The position numbers and the translations under genes are program-made. The notes beneath the pieces were generated by a model that saw only the letters and a program-made list of their open reading frames with translations, was not told where the DNA came from and made no database searches. 64,000 nt of DNA. Source: Hyphomicrobiales bacterium. GTDB taxonomy: Bacteria; Pseudomonadota; Alphaproteobacteria; Rhizobiales; JACESI01. Shown piece after piece: positions 19,247 through 31,332 of this stretch; position 1 is the stretch's first letter; every line of letters starts with the position of its first letter. The stretch spans positions 21,587 through 85,586 of the forward strand of contig JBDXGY010000004.1 in assembly GCA_039989895.1 (NCBI GenBank). The letters are read 5' to 3'.

Positions 19247-19391
19247 CTAAAAACCTTCGTTTTACAAGCACAAGGCATAATAATGTCTTGAGATTTCAAC
19301 CTCATTAATGAAGCGAAGTCACGAGAATGAGAAATAAATTATAGTTAAATAATCGTGATCACACGCTATGCAGCGCGCAATCACAATTGTT

Positions 19392-20942
19392 CTAGCTCGC
19401 TTTTAAAGCCTGTGGACGTGCTTTTTTCACTGCCAAACGATTAAGAGCAGACAAATACGCCTTTGCTGAGGCAACCAAAGTATCCGTATCCGCCGAACGA
19501 CCTGTCACCTGATGGCCATCTTCTTCAAGCCGCACAGATACTTCCGCCTGTGCATCAGTGCCCTCGGTCACTGCATGCACCTGATAAAGCTGCAAAGTCG
19601 ATTCGTGAGGTAATATTGCTTTAATTGCATTGAACGTTGCATCAACAGGGCCATCGCCCGTTGCTTCAATCGTCTCATGCCGCCCATCCATATCAAGGGT
19701 AATGATTGCTTTTTGCGGACCGCCTGTGCCAGCAATAACAGTCAGCGCCACAACTTTGTTTGTTTCACCGGCGGTTGCCACTTCACTTTCTACCAGCGCT
19801 TCAATGTCCTCGTCATAGACATTTTTCTTTTTGTCTGCCAAATCTTTGAAACGCTTGAATGCATCGAGAAAAGCATTGTCGCCTAACTCATAGCCAAGGT
19901 CGGTGAGCTTATCTTTAAATGCATGACGACCCGAATGTTTGCCCATCACCAGCGAGGTCGCTTTCACACCAACCGATTCTGGCGTCATAATCTCAAAAGT
20001 ACCAGAGTTTTTAAGCATGCCATCTTGGTGAATACCACTTTCATGCGCAAAGGCATTTTTGCCGACAATCGCTTTGTTATATTGCACCGGAAAACCAGCA
20101 ACAGCCGACACAAGCTTTGACGCTTTCATCAAATGCGTGGCTTCAATGCCTGTGTGATAGGGCAAAGCATCGCCGCGCGTTTTAACCGCCATCACGACTT
20201 CTTCCAAAGCCGCATTACCTGCGCGCTCGCCAAGTCCATTGATGGTACATTCAACCTGTCGCGCACCACCCGCCACACCAGCCAATGAATTGGCAACAGC
20301 AAGCCCCAGATCATTATGACAATGGGTCGAGAACACAGCCTTATCAGAATCAGGCACATTCTCACGAATAGTTTGGAACATCTCGCAATATTCGTCTGGC
20401 GTGGCAAAACCCACCGTGTCGGGGAGATTGATCGTCGTTGCCCCCGCTTTAATCGCAGCGTCAACCGCTTTGGATAAATATTCATGCCCCGTGCGCGTGG
20501 CATCCATCGCGGACCACTCAATATTGTCACAAAGCGAACGTGCAAGCGTCACCGTCTCGCTAATAATCTCCAGCACCTCTTCTTCATTCTTGCCCATTTG
20601 ATACTGCAAATGGATAGGCGATGTGGAGACAAACGTATGAATACGCCCACGCGCAGCATGTTTTACCGCATCGCCACAGCGCATGATGTCACCGGGAATT
20701 GCGCGCGCAAGACCGGCAATGATCGAATTTTTCGCACGCTTTGCAATCTCGGATACGGCTTCAAAGTCACCATCAGAGGCAATAGGAAACCCTGCCTCAA
20801 TAATATCGACCCCCATCTCGTCGAGTAGTTCAGCCACCTGAAGTTTTTCTTCCAGTGTCATGGTTGCGCCCGGCGATTGTTCGCCATCTCGCAAGGTTGT
20901 GTCAAAAATAAAAATACGGTTGTCAGCGCTATTCTGCGTCAT
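19392..20942 (-). CDS. leuA: 2-isopropylmalate synthase
   Basis: ORF 19392..20978, start moved to ATG 20942 (MTQNSADNRIFIFDTTLRDGEQSPG). HCHNDLGLAVAN motif and C-terminal LeuA dimerisation/regulatory domain. Confidence 0.95.
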   Translation of the reverse strand: MTQNSADNRIFIFDTTLRDGEQSPGATMTLEEKLQVAELLDEMGVDIIEAGFPIASDGDFEAVSEIAKRAKNSIIAGLARAIPGDIMRCGDAVKHAARGRIHTFVSTSPIHLQYQMGKNEEEVLEIISETVTLARSLCDNIEWSAMDATRTGHEYLSKAVDAAIKAGATTINLPDTVGFATPDEYCEMFQTIRENVPDSDKAVFSTHCHNDLGLAVANSLAGVAGGARQVECTINGLGERAGNAALEEVVMAVKTRGDALPYHTGIEATHLMKASKLVSAVAGFPVQYNKAIVGKNAFAHESGIHQDGMLKNSGTFEIMTPESVGVKATSLVMGKHSGRHAFKDKLTDLGYELGDNAFLDAFKRFKDLADKKKNVYDEDIEALVESEVATAGETNKVVALTVIAGTGGPQKAIITLDMDGRHETIEATGDGPVDATFNAIKAILPHESTLQLYQVHAVTEGTDAQAEVSVRLEEDGHQVTGRSADTDTLVASAKAYLSALNRLAVKKARPQALKAS

Positions 20943-21482
20943 CGGATTATTTCCTGCTAGTCCACGCTCATTTATCACCGAGCGTTAAAGTCTAATACAT
21001 TGGATGAAGGCTGGTGAAAAGTGGCATTTCGCACACAAACTCGCCAGTGAATTTTATCCCCTGAGAGCTTGTCCTCTTAAAAAGCTGACTGCCGGCGCTC
21101 AGGGGCGCATAAGGAGGAGGTTTTGAAGGCGTAGAGAACGTGAAAACGCGTTTGAACGCGTTAATAACGCGCCATCCAACAGTTCTGATTTAAAGTTCAA
21201 ACAAGCCACAGGCTGGTCCTCATCAACGTCTCATTGCCAAATTCTATACCCAGTTGAACCCGAAAAGACAACGAAATCGTTAAGGCGTGAACATTTCTTA
21301 TCAACCTCACGCAAAAAATCTCCATTAATCAAAAGAGATCGCAATCCTTCTAATTGCCAAATCAGCAACACATTGCAGCCCCGTGCCCGCCACACGCAAA
21401 AGGCTTCCTAGCGCAACACCGCAAAACAATGTGCGGTTAGAGCCCCTAGAGAGGCTCGCCCATCAAAAAGAAGGAATAGACA

Positions 21483-21758
21483 ATGTATAAAATTGCAAAA
21501 AACCCACTTGTTGGCTCAGCAATCACCGCCGCAGCACTATCAATTGCAGCCTTTACAACGCCAATTCATTCACGAGAACCAAGCTGCACAGCAGAATTGC
21601 AATCGATTAATTCTCTCCTTGAGAATACGAAATTAAGACCGGCGATCATGTTCAAGGTCGATGCTCTTCGCAAATCCGCAATAGCACGTAATTCACAAGG
21701 TGATGCAGAAGGCTGCATGCAAGATGTCAAAGACATCAAAGCATTGATAGGTTCCTAA
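21483..21758 (+). CDS. small secreted hypothetical protein
   Basis: 91-aa ORF with SD AAGGA 7 nt upstream. Signal-peptide-like N-terminus (LVGSAITAAALSIAAFTTPIHS) and two Cys in the mature part. No recognisable family. Confidence 0.55.
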   Translation: MYKIAKNPLVGSAITAAALSIAAFTTPIHSREPSCTAELQSINSLLENTKLRPAIMFKVDALRKSAIARNSQGDAEGCMQDVKDIKALIGS

Positions 21759-21800
21759 AAGACTTGAAACCAAGAGCCGATTTCAAGAGCACAGCCAGCT

Positions 21801-22724
21801 TCAGGCATAAAGAGTACCCTCAGCCACAATAACCGCTGATCCTCCTATGCGGGCGGCGAAAAAATCGCCGTCCTCAACATCAATCTCAAGCATAATGTCA
21901 GACGCCCGCCCCATCTCAAAGCCCTGCTCAATCAAGAAAGAATAGTGACCGTCAGACAGGTTTTCAAATTCCATGATAGCACCTGCGAGAGCAGCAACCG
22001 CAGATCCAGTTGCTGGGTCTTCGGCAATACCAGCTTTCGGCCAAAACATGCGTGCATGAAACGCCGCATTGTCGCTTTCACCACCACGCGCATAAACAAA
22101 AGCATTGTCCCGCTCCGCCGTTTCAAAGGCTCTCTCCCACGCCGCTGGATTGGGCTTGATCTGCTTTATCGCATTGAGGCTACCCAAAGGCACCAGCGTA
22201 AAAGGAACACCTGCGCTATAAACGCCCGGTTGATATTTATCAAAGCCAATATCATCTTCATGAATACCAAGCGCTTCAGCAATATGCACCCGCGAGACGG
22301 CAGGTGCCACTGCTGCAGGACTATCTGGAAGCGTGAATATTGCATGACCAAGCTTACCCGGTTTCACCACCACACCAGTGCGCACCAACCCTACTTTTTC
22401 TTCTAAAGCGATGGCCACATCCGTTGGCAAATCAACGGCGCCGATTTTCTGTTTGGCTAAGAGCACAGCCGTGCCAACCGTTGGGTGTCCCGCGAAAGGT
22501 AATTCAGCGCTTGGTGTAAAAATTCTGATAGACGCGGCATTCGATGCATCATGTGGCGGAAAGACAAACACAGTCTCGGAGAGATTAAACTCCGCCGCAA
22601 TCACCTGCATCATCTCATCTGAAAGCCCTTGCCCATCAAGCACCACAGCTAGTGGGTTTCCTTTAAACGGTATTTCGGTGAACACATCCAGAATGGCGTA
22701 TGGGCGCTCCCTCACCTCATTCAT
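21801..22724 (-). CDS. PhzF-family isomerase-like protein
   Basis: ORF 21801..22751, start moved to ATG 22724 (MNEVRERPYAILDVFTEIPFKGNPLAVV), which removes the overlap with the upstream antiporter gene. Typical PhzF N-terminal motif and AGHPTVG. Confidence 0.85.
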   Translation of the reverse strand: MNEVRERPYAILDVFTEIPFKGNPLAVVLDGQGLSDEMMQVIAAEFNLSETVFVFPPHDASNAASIRIFTPSAELPFAGHPTVGTAVLLAKQKIGAVDLPTDVAIALEEKVGLVRTGVVVKPGKLGHAIFTLPDSPAAVAPAVSRVHIAEALGIHEDDIGFDKYQPGVYSAGVPFTLVPLGSLNAIKQIKPNPAAWERAFETAERDNAFVYARGGESDNAAFHARMFWPKAGIAEDPATGSAVAALAGAIMEFENLSDGHYSFLIEQGFEMGRASDIMLEIDVEDGDFFAARIGGSAVIVAEGTLYA

Positions 22725-22728
22725 TAGC

Positions 22729-23976
22729 TTATCCAACCGTTCGCCGCACAACTTCTTTTATCGTCAGCCCTTGCACAATGATTGAGAAGATCACCACCGC
22801 ATAAGTCGCTGTCATAATAAGAGGTTTCGCGGCAACCGCCGGTAAGGACAAGGCAAGCGCCACTGAAATACCACCGCGCACGCCGCCCCATGTCAGCACC
22901 GGAATCACTCCACGCGAAAACGCAAAACCGAGCGACAAAGTGACAATCGGTATAGAGACCGCCGCAAAACGTGCGAACAAAACAATTGGAATGCTTGCAA
23001 CGGCAACCCACGCGAATGAAGGATCAATCTGGATCACCAGAATTTCAAGACCGATAAGAAGGAAGAGAACGGAATTCAATATCTCATCAATCATTTCCCA
23101 AAAGCTGAACAAAGCATCGCGCGTGTCTTCGCTCATGGCACGCTCGGCCCCTTGGTTGCCAATGAAAAGCCCCGCAACCACAACCGCAATCGGTCCAGAC
23201 AAATGAAGCCGCAAACAAAGTGCATAGACGCCCGCCACAAGACCCAGCGTCAAAAGAACCTCAACCATCTCGTGATCAATTTTCGCCATCATTTTATAAA
23301 CGAGATAGCCGATAACGAGACCAACAACCGCCCCGCCAACCGCTTCAACAAAGAAAAGCTCCGCGATATGAAGCGCATCAATATTGCCGCCGTCGGCGCC
23401 AACCGCGACCGCCACAATAATGGTAAAAACAACGACACCTACACCATCATTGAACAAGCTTTCACCGGCAATCTTGGCCTCAAGCGTGTCGGGAATAGTG
23501 ATCGACTTTAAAAGCGAAAGCACGGCCACCGGATCGGTCGGGCTGATTAACGCACCGAACACAAGCGCCCATGCAAACGATATAGGCACGCCAAACAGGC
23601 TTGCTGCGAAATAAAATAATGTACCAACAATGAAAGTAGATAGGACAACGCCAAATGTCGCCATCAGGCCAATCGGCCATTTTTGCTCCCGCATCAAATT
23701 CAAATTCACATGCAACGCACCGGCAAAAAGCAGAAAAGCCAACATGCCGTTCATCACAGTTTCAAAGAAATCTATCTGCCCGATTGCCGCTTGCACCGCA
23801 TCCGTCACACCAAGTTGCGGCAAGAGCGCTTCAAGTCCAAGCAAAAGAAAAGAGGTAACCAGCGCCATCACCAGCAAGCCAATCGTATGCGGCAACTTGA
23901 TGAAGGCGTTATTAAACCAGCTTAGACAAGCTGAGACGACTAAAATAAGAGCAATAATTTCAAATAATGTAAGCAT
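22729..23976 (-). CDS. cation:proton antiporter (CPA1/NhaP-like Na+/H+ exchanger), short form
   Basis: 415-aa ORF, polytopic. Contains [12 protein letters not shown] and [11 protein letters not shown], typical of Na_H_Exchanger family members. Confidence 0.85.
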   Translation of the reverse strand: MLTLFEIIALILVVSACLSWFNNAFIKLPHTIGLLVMALVTSFLLLGLEALLPQLGVTDAVQAAIGQIDFFETVMNGMLAFLLFAGALHVNLNLMREQKWPIGLMATFGVVLSTFIVGTLFYFAASLFGVPISFAWALVFGALISPTDPVAVLSLLKSITIPDTLEAKIAGESLFNDGVGVVVFTIIVAVAVGADGGNIDALHIAELFFVEAVGGAVVGLVIGYLVYKMMAKIDHEMVEVLLTLGLVAGVYALCLRLHLSGPIAVVVAGLFIGNQGAERAMSEDTRDALFSFWEMIDEILNSVLFLLIGLEILVIQIDPSFAWVAVASIPIVLFARFAAVSIPIVTLSLGFAFSRGVIPVLTWGGVRGGISVALALSLPAVAAKPLIMTATYAVVIFSIIVQGLTIKEVVRRTVG

Positions 23977-24068
23977 GGCGACCCCGCAGAAATATCAATA
24001 CAACAGTGATAGTTCGCGATTGAGCATCACGCAATTATAAAGATCGCCTCTGGTGAAAAATAGACTTT

Positions 24069-24479
24069 TTATGAACCACGGCGATCAGGAACATTACTTA
24101 TCCGTCGCTCTTGGCCTTTCCATGGCTCGCCATCAATAGGCTGCGGCTCAGGCGGCGTCGGCTCAGGGACAACATCTGATTGATTGATATCATCCGGCAC
24201 ACTCGGTGCATCCCCTTCTAGAATATCAGTAAATTTCACACCCATAAACTCTTCAGTACGCCACATAACCTGGACGGATCGGCTAAGAGGGTTGGGATGA
24301 ACATTTAATTCAAAATGCGATGGAATCAGATGGTTGTCATATATCTTTAAAAGCAGACCCGCCTCAGATTCATTACGGATCATACAACTCGCTGACGAAT
24401 AGCGGTTATTGAACAAAATCGTACCCTTTTTCAAAGTACGTGTACGTTGGCTTGTTCTTTTTTCTTCTGGTTGGGACAT
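24069..24479 (-). CDS. PilZ domain protein (c-di-GMP receptor candidate)
   Basis: 136-aa ORF. RxxxR motif (RTSQR) followed by N-x-S-x-x-G (NESEAG). Pro/Glu-rich C-terminal tail. Confidence 0.75.
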   Translation of the reverse strand: MSQPEEKRTSQRTRTLKKGTILFNNRYSSASCMIRNESEAGLLLKIYDNHLIPSHFELNVHPNPLSRSVQVMWRTEEFMGVKFTDILEGDAPSVPDDINQSDVVPEPTPPEPQPIDGEPWKGQERRISNVPDRRGS

Positions 24480-24580
24480 CTGATAACCCTACCGCTCTTT
24501 TAAGGGGAATATTGCAAAATCGATGGTAAATTATTACTGAAAACGTTTAATTTCGACTTAATGTAATCTTGCCATCCAAC

Positions 24581-24608
24581 AAAAAGGCCGACAAAAGCCG
24601 GCCTTTTC
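24581..24608 (-). terminator. Rho-independent terminator downstream of ilvC
   Basis: Minus strand reads GAAAAGGCCGG-CTTTTGT-CGGCCTTTTT, a GC stem followed by a T run, about 20 nt after the ilvC stop. Confidence 0.7.
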
Positions 24609-24629
24609 AACGATAATCCTATAAAAGAA

Positions 24630-26383
<1,754 letters not shown>

Positions 26384-26434
26384 GTGAAAATTTCTACACG
26401 TTGGACTCTCTTCTGATTTGTCTTTTGTGTCGTC

Positions 26435-27178
26435 TTATTGTCCGCAAGATTTCAAAAAGCGTTTAACCGTAGCTGCCATACCATAAGTCAAAGCATCAGC
26501 CGTCAACCCATGACCAATAGAAAGCTCTGCAATCATCGGAGCTGCCTCAACGAGTGTCGGCACATTCGCAACCGTCAAATCATGGCCAGCATTAACTCCA
26601 AGCCCTAGCGCATGCGCAATACGTGCTGTACTTGCTAATATACTGACAGCCTTCATAGCCTCTAAGCTACCAAAGACTGCCAACCCATAAGCCCCAGTAA
26701 AGAGCTCAACCCGGTCAGCACCCACTGCTTTCGCATGTTCTGGAATGCTCTCATCAGGATTGATAAACAAAGCCACCCGCATGCCCTGCTCTTTCATGCG
26801 CGCAACCGTCTCTTCAAGTAAAGCTTGATTGGCAGGAATATCCCAGCCGTGATCCGATGTTGCCTGTGCTGGATCATCCGGAACAAAAGTCACTTGCTGC
26901 GGTTTGATAAGCTCGCACAATGCCAAAAACCGCTCATCGGGATAGCCTTCGATATTAAATTCTTTATTGGCAAATTGCGGTTCACTCAACAGCGCTGCCA
27001 AATCATCAACATCATGACGTTTAATGTGACGCTCATCGGGTCTCGGGTGAACTGTGATACCACAAGCACCCGTTTCCAATGCGATGCGGCTTAAATCAAC
27101 TACGCTCGGCCACGGCAGTTCCCGCCTGTTACGCAAAAAGGCTATAGCATTCACATTAACAGATAATTCGGTACGCAT
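26435..27178 (-). CDS. pdxJ: pyridoxine 5'-phosphate synthase
   Basis: 247-aa ORF. LSVNVNAIAFLRNRR, ITVHPRPDERH and NAGHDL motifs of PdxJ. Confidence 0.9.
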   Translation of the reverse strand: MRTELSVNVNAIAFLRNRRELPWPSVVDLSRIALETGACGITVHPRPDERHIKRHDVDDLAALLSEPQFANKEFNIEGYPDERFLALCELIKPQQVTFVPDDPAQATSDHGWDIPANQALLEETVARMKEQGMRVALFINPDESIPEHAKAVGADRVELFTGAYGLAVFGSLEAMKAVSILASTARIAHALGLGVNAGHDLTVANVPTLVEAAPMIAELSIGHGLTADALTYGMAATVKRFLKSCGQ

Positions 27179-27252
27179 TCAAAGGCCCTTCACAGAGATG
27201 ATATCAGCGGCAAGCGGCCGTGTCTCACATCTAAAAATATCAAAGCTTTATT

Positions 27253-27834
27253 CTATGCCTCGTCATCCATCATGCCCCCTGCCCCACGACTGACAGCCGC
27301 GACACCGGTCTTACACACTTCAACAAGCCCAAGCGGGGCCATAACCTCAACAAACTGAGCCACGCGCGGTGAGCGGCCCGTCATTTGAAAAATGAAATGG
27401 TCCCTCGTCGCATCCACAACCTCTGCTTTGAAGGCCGCCGCAATGTGCAAGGCTTCAAGACGATTTTCACCGTTGCTCTTAACCTTCACAAGCGCTAATT
27501 CCCGTTCAAGCGGTTTGTCATGGCCTCGTTCGTGAGCAATAGCCGTCAAATCTTTGACCGCATGAACCGGCACAATGCGCGCAAGCTGACTTTTAATCTG
27601 CTCAAGCACGCCCAGTGTTCCCTTGGTCACGATGGTGATGCGAGATAATTGGCTTTCGTGTTCTGTCTCAGACACGGTCAAGCTCTCAATATTGTAACCA
27701 CGTCCTGAAAACAATCCAATCACGCGTGCCAGAACCCCTGGCTCATCATCCACAAGAATTGAAAGTGTATGCGTCACTTCAACTTCAGGTTTGTCCACGA
27801 GGAAGTAAGCTGATTTCGGTTCTGATTTAGACAT
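27253..27834 (-). CDS. ilvH: acetolactate synthase small (regulatory) subunit
   Basis: ORF 27253..27879, start moved to ATG 27834 (MSKSEPKS...), 1 nt after the upstream DMT stop. ACT domain HTLSILVDDEPGVLARVIGLFSGRGYNIESLTV. Confidence 0.9.
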   Translation of the reverse strand: MSKSEPKSAYFLVDKPEVEVTHTLSILVDDEPGVLARVIGLFSGRGYNIESLTVSETEHESQLSRITIVTKGTLGVLEQIKSQLARIVPVHAVKDLTAIAHERGHDKPLERELALVKVKSNGENRLEALHIAAAFKAEVVDATRDHFIFQMTGRSPRVAQFVEVMAPLGLVEVCKTGVAAVSRGAGGMMDDEA

Positions 27835-27835
27835 A

Positions 27836-28738
27836 TTATGCCCCTGTTGAATCTGGTTTAAAACGTCTGCTTGCGACAAAGACGCCTAAAAGAATAATTA
27901 AAAGCGCTAGCCCTGAGTTAATGGAGGGTTGTTCAGAAAAAATCAAGAAGGCCCAGAAAACTCCAAACAGCGGGATCAACAAATTAATCTGACTGAAGAA
28001 GTTAGCACCCTGCCTGTTGATCAGCATAACCATCAAAAAAGACGCCAGAACCGTTTGGAAAATAGCAAGTAGAGCAACAGCCGCCAGCGGCGCAAAACTA
28101 TAACCCAGCGTAAAAGGTCCCTCAATCAACCAAGCAAATAAAACCATAGGCACAAACCCATAGGTGATGCTCAGTGTAATCAATTGCGTCTTGGTGAGAT
28201 GAAGCAAAAACTTGGTCACAACCGCATTCCCCGCATAACAGCCAGCAGCCAAAAGAATAGCGCCTTGGTGCAAGATATCACCTCCAAAGCCGACGAGAAT
28301 AGAAGGACCAACCAATACGGCGACACCGATGATCCCCAAAAAAACACCAACCACCTTCGGTAAGGAAAACTTTTCATCATCAGTAAAAAAATGGGCGACG
28401 ATAAGCGTCACCAGTGGCATAAAAGCCATCAAAACAGAAGTTAGCCCTGGCGCGACCACCTGTTGCCCCCACGCAATAAAGAAAAAAGGCATTGCCGTGT
28501 TCAGCAATCCTGCCAACAACAAAAGAACATGGGTTTTAAAGTCACGCGGCAAAGCCTGCTTCAACCACAAGAAAATCGCCCAAAGCAAGCCCACCGAAAG
28601 AAAAAGGCGATAGACCGTTTGGGTTGCAGGTGGAATTTCATCGACCGCTATTTTGGTCAAGACAAAGGCCCCTCCCCATACCGATGCCAACGCAAACAGA
28701 AGCAGATAATCGTAAACCTGAGGTGTCCGTCTTGTCAC
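27836..28738 (-). CDS. DMT-superfamily (EamA-like) transporter
   Basis: 300-aa ORF, 10 TM-like segments. N-terminus YDYLLLFALASVWGGAFVLTKIAV. The stop abuts the ilvH start. Confidence 0.8.
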   Translation of the reverse strand: MTRRTPQVYDYLLLFALASVWGGAFVLTKIAVDEIPPATQTVYRLFLSVGLLWAIFLWLKQALPRDFKTHVLLLLAGLLNTAMPFFFIAWGQQVVAPGLTSVLMAFMPLVTLIVAHFFTDDEKFSLPKVVGVFLGIIGVAVLVGPSILVGFGGDILHQGAILLAAGCYAGNAVVTKFLLHLTKTQLITLSITYGFVPMVLFAWLIEGPFTLGYSFAPLAAVALLAIFQTVLASFLMVMLINRQGANFFSQINLLIPLFGVFWAFLIFSEQPSINSGLALLIILLGVFVASRRFKPDSTGA

Positions 28739-29027
28739 GGTGATCTCTCCTGCAACAGCGTTCTATGGGCAGAGCATTGAAAAAATAAATCCAGACAACA
28801 TTCAGTGACATCCACCATAAAGCTGCCAGTCTCATTATTGCGCATAATTCCAGCACTCGCAGTCTAATAAAATACGGCTATAGCGAATTCATCTGGAAAC
28901 AAATCAATTTTTGCCGAATGAACAAATATTTTAAAGAATTAATAAGAACTTTCGTTGAGCATGCGAATACAGCTGGCAAAGCCACATTCATTTAACGCTT
29001 AAAGTAACAGATAAACGAAAGATAAAT

Positions 29028-30782
29028 ATGCAAAACTTCTTCTCTAAGATCGGGATTAGTACAAAAATTTATCTAGTCGTTGGATTAGGCCTAATAGCTT
29101 TAATTGGCCTTGCGTTATTTTCATACAGCCAAGTCAAATTAATAGGCATTGAACTTACGGCTATCGCAGAAGAAGACATTCCACTTACCACACACGTCAC
29201 CGAAGCAGCCACCAATCAACTTGAACAGACCATTCAACTTGAACGGATGCTTAAATACACAGCAGAATCTCGCCTTTTCACGGTAGACAAGACCCATTTT
29301 GAAAAAGCCAAGACAGCTTTCTTCTCATATGGGAAAAAAGTAAAACACGAACTTATTGAAGCAGAGCATCTCACACAAGCCATCCTCTCACATGCCAATA
29401 CTCCTAAAGTTGAAGCAAAACTCAAAGCATTTTTGACCTTATTAAAACAGATTGAAAAAGAACATGATGTTTTTGAAACTCATGTTCATGATCTCGTCAA
29501 AATACTCGCTACAGATGATATCAAAAAAGCTCTAAAATATGGTGAGAAAATCGACGCTGAAGCAGAGAAGATTGACCATGAAATAAAAAAAGCTCTCGAT
29601 GAAATAGCAGTCTTTACCAGTGAGGCAGCATTAAAAGCTGAGGAACATGAACACCAAACAGAATATTGGCTTATCATTGTATCTCTGTCACTCACCGCAA
29701 GCATCTTAATCATTGCAACTTTGATGATCCGCATAGGCATATCAAAACCATTGAAAAATATTGTCGTATCAATCAACGGTTTGTCAGCAGGTGAACTTGG
29801 GGAAAAGGTCACCGCTACATCCCATGATGAGATCGGCAGCATTGCAAAGGGTTTGGAAGAATTCCGCCTCAAACTTATTGACGCTCGACGCCTTGAAGCA
29901 GAAGCAACTGAAACACAACAGGTAAGCATAGAACGCTCAAATAAAATTGTACAGTTAAACAATGCCTTTGATCAAAATATCGGCAATATTTTAAGCACTG
30001 TTGCAGATGCCACCGAACAGTTAAATGGCACGGCAGAAACCATGTCCAGTGCGTCACAACAAACGAAAGCCCAAAGCGAACAAATCCTTTCCATGACCGA
30101 AACGGCGTCAAACAATGCTCAATCGGTAAGTTCAGCAGTTGAACAACTCAGCGCGTCAACCAGAGAAATTGGAGCGCAAACACAACGCGCAACCTCTGTT
30201 ACAAAAGAAGCCGTTTCCGGCGCACAAGACGTTAAAGAACAAACTGCCACAATGGTTCTAAACGCAAAAAAAGTGAATGATGTCGTCGAAATGATCAGCT
30301 CAATCACAGAGCAGACAAACATGCTTGCCCTCAATGCGACAATTGAAGCAGCCCGTGCCGGTGATGCAGGCAAAGGCTTTGCTGTTGTTGCCGCAGAAGT
30401 GAAACAACTCGCCAATCAGACAGCCGAGGCGACAGAACAAATCACAAGCCAAATCGGTACCATGCAGAATATGACAGAGAAAACCGCCACCGCTATTGAA
30501 GATATTGTTGGTCGCATCACCAATGCAAACGACGCAATTGAAACAATAACGGTTGCCGTTGAACAGCAAGGCCTCGCCATTGAAGAAATTAACGGCAACG
30601 TTTTGCAGGTATCAAACAGCGCTCACGAAATCGCATCAACCATGGGCGAAGTAACGACATCAGCTGATGAGACAGGTAAATCAGCAATAGATGTTATGGG
30701 AGCAGCGCAACAGTTAGATGGTGAGTCAACCCATCTTAATGGGGAAATTCAAGAATACCTAAATTCTATCAAAACAGCTTAA
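29028..30782 (+). CDS. methyl-accepting chemotaxis protein (two TM helices, helical periplasmic sensor, HAMP, MA domain)
   Basis: 584-aa ORF. TM1 res ~12-32, TM2 ~210-232. HAMP region [40 protein letters not shown]. Signalling hairpin [39 protein letters not shown]. Confidence 0.9.
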   Translation: MQNFFSKIGISTKIYLVVGLGLIALIGLALFSYSQVKLIGIELTAIAEEDIPLTTHVTEAATNQLEQTIQLERMLKYTAESRLFTVDKTHFEKAKTAFFSYGKKVKHELIEAEHLTQAILSHANTPKVEAKLKAFLTLLKQIEKEHDVFETHVHDLVKILATDDIKKALKYGEKIDAEAEKIDHEIKKALDEIAVFTSEAALKAEEHEHQTEYWLIIVSLSLTASILIIATLMIRIGISKPLKNIVVSINGLSAGELGEKVTATSHDEIGSIAKGLEEFRLKLIDARRLEAEATETQQVSIERSNKIVQLNNAFDQNIGNILSTVADATEQLNGTAETMSSASQQTKAQSEQILSMTETASNNAQSVSSAVEQLSASTREIGAQTQRATSVTKEAVSGAQDVKEQTATMVLNAKKVNDVVEMISSITEQTNMLALNATIEAARAGDAGKGFAVVAAEVKQLANQTAEATEQITSQIGTMQNMTEKTATAIEDIVGRITNANDAIETITVAVEQQGLAIEEINGNVLQVSNSAHEIASTMGEVTTSADETGKSAIDVMGAAQQLDGESTHLNGEIQEYLNSIKTA

Positions 30783-30810
30783 GGGAAGTGCTGCAAGGTA
30801 TTTAAGCACC

Positions 30811-31332
30811 CTATCTCTCACCAAAATCATCACCAACAATCACAGACGCAAAAGCATCGATCACTTGCTGTTTTGATAGCTTGCCCGGACGAGGTTCTTG
30901 AAAGGCGACCATGATCGGGCGTTCTTTTATATAAACGGCAATCCATTTTTCATAAAGAACACCGGCGTCATCCTTCTGTGTACCTCGAAACAAGATCATC
31001 TCATTATCGTTCCAAGTAATCGTCTCGGTACCCTCAACAACAATACCTCTATTGTTGAGCGTCGGCGTTGCGCGTTCAACAGATGCAAACATTTCCCCAA
31101 GAGATCCAACTGCTTGTATCGGGAAAGAGTTCACCGTAAAGGAGCCATCCGTTTTGACATCTTCAACACCAGGAAACCTGAATGACACTTTATAGTTCGC
31201 AGGCGGGACTATGGTGACATTGGTCGTCGGCACTAACACACGTTTTGATACAGGTGCAAGATAGGAGGCCAGCAAATAAGCAACACCCACAAGCACGATC
31301 AATATTGAATAATTTCTTATGGGATGTTTCAT
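30811..31332 (-). CDS. membrane-anchored hypothetical protein
   Basis: ORF 30811..31407, start moved to ATG 31332 (MKHPIRNYSILIVLVGVAYLLASYL), which has the SD GGGAGA 5 nt upstream. Lies 22 nt downstream of the ilvI stop. One N-terminal TM helix followed by a ~145-aa soluble domain with no family recognised. Confidence 0.6.
   Translation of the reverse strand: MKHPIRNYSILIVLVGVAYLLASYLAPVSKRVLVPTTNVTIVPPANYKVSFRFPGVEDVKTDGSFTVNSFPIQAVGSLGEMFASVERATPTLNNRGIVVEGTETITWNDNEMILFRGTQKDDAGVLYEKWIAVYIKERPIMVAFQEPRPGKLSKQQVIDAFASVIVGDDFGER

Noticed and set aside
21058-21075. CCCCTGAGAGC resembling the CUGAGA core of a TPP riboswitch
   Set aside because: The other conserved THI-box elements (for example the ACCUGAUCUGGAUAAUGCCAGCG-like segment) are absent, and the downstream gene is not thiamine-related.
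21004-21126. 40-codon plus-strand ORF (MKAGEKWHFAHKLASEF...) in the leuA upstream region
   Set aside because: It has no SD, no recognisable features, and ends in an Arg-rich read-through of the AAGGAGGAGG tract. It is probably non-coding.
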